A DNA stretch of 64,000 nucleotides from Squalus acanthias (taxonomy: Eukaryota), in NCBI GenBank assembly GCA_030390025.1, contig CM059432.1:8680001-8744000 (forward strand), written 5' to 3'. Positions 62,001-64,000 of this stretch are shown one piece after another. Position 1 is the first letter of the stretch; each line of letters opens with the position of its first letter. The notes under the pieces are model-generated. The model made no database searches, was not told the origin of the DNA, and worked only from the letters and a program-made list of their open reading frames with translations. The position numbers were made by a program, and so were the translations under genes.

Positions 62001-62291
62001 TTGCTGGTGGACATGGTCGGTAAATGAAGTCCTTCATACAATTTCCAAAGCGTTTCCAGTCTCCAGAAGAATCAAGGCTGCTTGCAGGCCTTAAATCCAA
62101 CAGCATTGACGTCATCGGCGGCGACTTTCTGTATGAAAAGACTCATTGGGCCAGTGGTTCCCACATGCAGGAAATCAATTGCCCAATTAGGGGAAAATCC
62201 CACTTTTTCAACACTTCACTTAGGAGTCGGGGTCCTGACACGATTTCCACCTGACACGCCCCAGCCCGCCCACACTGACAAAATCCAGCCC
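59043..62291 (+). mobile_element. PIF/Harbinger transposon with both ends; nuclease internally deleted
   Basis: TIR GGGCTCGATTTTG / CAAAATCCAGCCC; 3-bp TSD GAC (59040-59042, 62292-62294); about 1 kb of the nuclease is missing at ~59735 relative to 34837-36086. Confidence 0.92.
60052..62014 (-). pseudogene. Harbinger Myb/SANT (trihelix) DNA-binding protein gene, 3 exons: 62014-61775, 61455-61296, 61139-60052
   Basis: APRFDEPSLQALV...W.QVA.EVN...RTWLQCRKRFHDL | EKRAHNKRERARTGGG; GT-AG introns with compatible phases (0 and 1); stop at 60562 and later frameshifts; C-terminal basic RRSTRKRKIK. Confidence 0.85.
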
Positions 62292-62944
62292 GACGCCTCC
62301 AGCACTCAATGTGATATGAATGGAGAAGTGTCATCCCAGAAAGGGGCTCGATTGGGATTTGGCTTTCTTTAATGCGCTGCTGATTAAGCTGACCTTTAGA
62401 CTGTGTAATGATGTCCTGCTCTTAGCCTGAATATTAAACAGTACAATTCAATTTCACAGAGACTCCGCACTAACTTCAATAAAGAAAATAATTCAGTCTT
62501 GCGACGCTCACATGGGATTTTCCCAGCAATGTGCCAGCACACACGGAGTCGAAATAATTCACTTATTTAAAATACCCAAACTTAGTCAGGTTCTGTAATC
62601 AATGCAAATTATTTTGTCATGCAAAGGCGCATTTCCCTGACTTGTAGTTTTTAATGGAAGAATTGTTGCCATTCCAATTATAGTCTTCAATGGAGATATT
62701 TCAAGCAATTTCTAGTCAAGGCCTAAATCTTTGGTTTCCATTTCAAGTGCCAGAGCTTATCATTTTTATGAAGTACCTTAGATAATATGTCAGACGTGCA
62801 TGCTGGGGAGGCTGTATTCTAAGAACAAGTAGCTGGAAAAGCTGTCAGATGCTGTTGTTAATTCCTTACTGACTTTAGGTCATGATTGCTGAGACTATAC
62901 AACTGCCAGTTAAATGCTAAAATGTATTACGACGCCAGGTTAAT

Positions 62945-63061
62945 GTGGCAGATCTTGACTTTGGCCGAAAGCGTGATGGCGAGGCGGCAGCCCGTTTTTT
63001 GCATCTCTCCCGATTCGCTCTCCCCCGTTTTACACTAACGCACAAAGTCGAAATCTGCCCC
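62945..63061. mobile_element. Micro-MITE, 117 bp
   Basis: GGCAGATCTTGACTTTG / CAAAGTCGAAATCTGCC (15/17 match); AAT on both flanks. Confidence 0.6.
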
Positions 63062-63084
63062 AATCAATCTGAAGAAAGAATGAA

Positions 63085-63365
63085 CCAAAAGAAAGACTTG
63101 CATTTATATAGCGCCTTTCACGACCTCAGGACGTCCCAAAGCGCCTTATTTTTACTTTTTGAAGTGTAGTCACTGTTGTAATGTAGGAAACGGGACCGCC
63201 AATTTGCGCACAGCAAGATCCCACAAAAAAGCAATGTGATAATGACCAGATAATCTGTTTTTTAGTGATGTTGATTGAGGGATAAATATTGGCCCCAGGA
63301 CACCAGGGAGAGCTCCCCCCCTGCTCTTCTTCGAAATAGTGCCGTGGGATCTTTTACGTCCACTT
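63085..63365 (-). mobile_element. Deu-domain SINE 3' portion
   Basis: Matches the other copies. Confidence 0.8.
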
Positions 63366-63631
63366 GACAGAAATTCCACTTCACAACTGTCTGACTAGTT
63401 GGAACAGAGACATGAACTGTTTAAAGTGACTACAATTTGAGTTTGCTTTTGGAGCCTAATGAAAGAATTGGAGTTGGCTTTTGAAATATTAGTTGGATGT
63501 TCTGCATTCTACCTAGAGAATAGGATCCTTTTGAACTGTTACATTTTTCGTTAAGTTTATTTACTTCTTTATTTTATTTCCCTTCTCACAGAGAGATGTG
63601 CATAGCTTGCAGGTAATGTGAGGGGGCAGGA

Positions 63632-64000
63632 AGATGAGAAGGATTTATGTGATTGCACTGGAGAGGGTAGAGAGGAGATTTACGAGGATATTGCCTGGGC
63701 TGGGGAATTGTAGCTATGAGGAAAGATTGGATAGGCTGGGGTTGTTTTCTTTGGAACAGAGGAGGCTGAGGGGAGATTTAATTGAGGTGTATAAAATTAT
63801 GAGGGGCCCAGATAGGGTGGATAGGAAGGACCTATTTCCCTTAGCAGAGAGGTCAATAACCAGGGGGCATAGATTTAAAGTAATTGGTAGAAGGATTAGA
63901 GGGGAGTTGAGGAGAACTTTTTTTCACCCAGAGGGTGGTGGGGGGTCTGGAACTCACTGCCTGAAAGGGTGGTAGAGGCAGAAACCCTCATCGCATTTAA
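63632..64000 (+). mobile_element. CR1 3' fragment
   Basis: ALERVERRFTRILPGL...[19 protein letters not shown]. Confidence 0.9.

Overview
Repeat-dominated vertebrate genomic DNA, most likely from a cartilaginous fish (shark). That assignment is inferred from the repeat content: Deu-domain tRNA-SINEs of the SacSINE1 type, very abundant CR1/L2 LINEs, and Penelope elements. No host protein-coding gene was recognised. The window opens inside the 3' end of an LTR retroelement. This part carries an envelope-like ORF with class-I fusion architecture resembling paramyxo/pneumovirus F (lokiretrovirus-type env by inference), its transmembrane anchor sits in a shifted frame, and a polypurine tract and 3' LTR follow. 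The rest is a deeply nested mosaic. It contains a PIF/Harbinger two-gene DNA transposon family (near-intact DDE nuclease at 34837-36086, spliced Myb/SANT gene at 60052-62014) with several MITE derivatives, and a CR1 insertion with a twin-priming-type 5' inversion. It also contains Penelope GIY-YIG elements and Penelope-derived short repeats carrying minimal hammerhead-ribozyme motifs, including an 88-bp-arm palindrome. Smaller items are an RTE fragment, a solo LTR, SINEs and an L2-derived minisatellite. All family calls come from reading the sequence, not from database searches.
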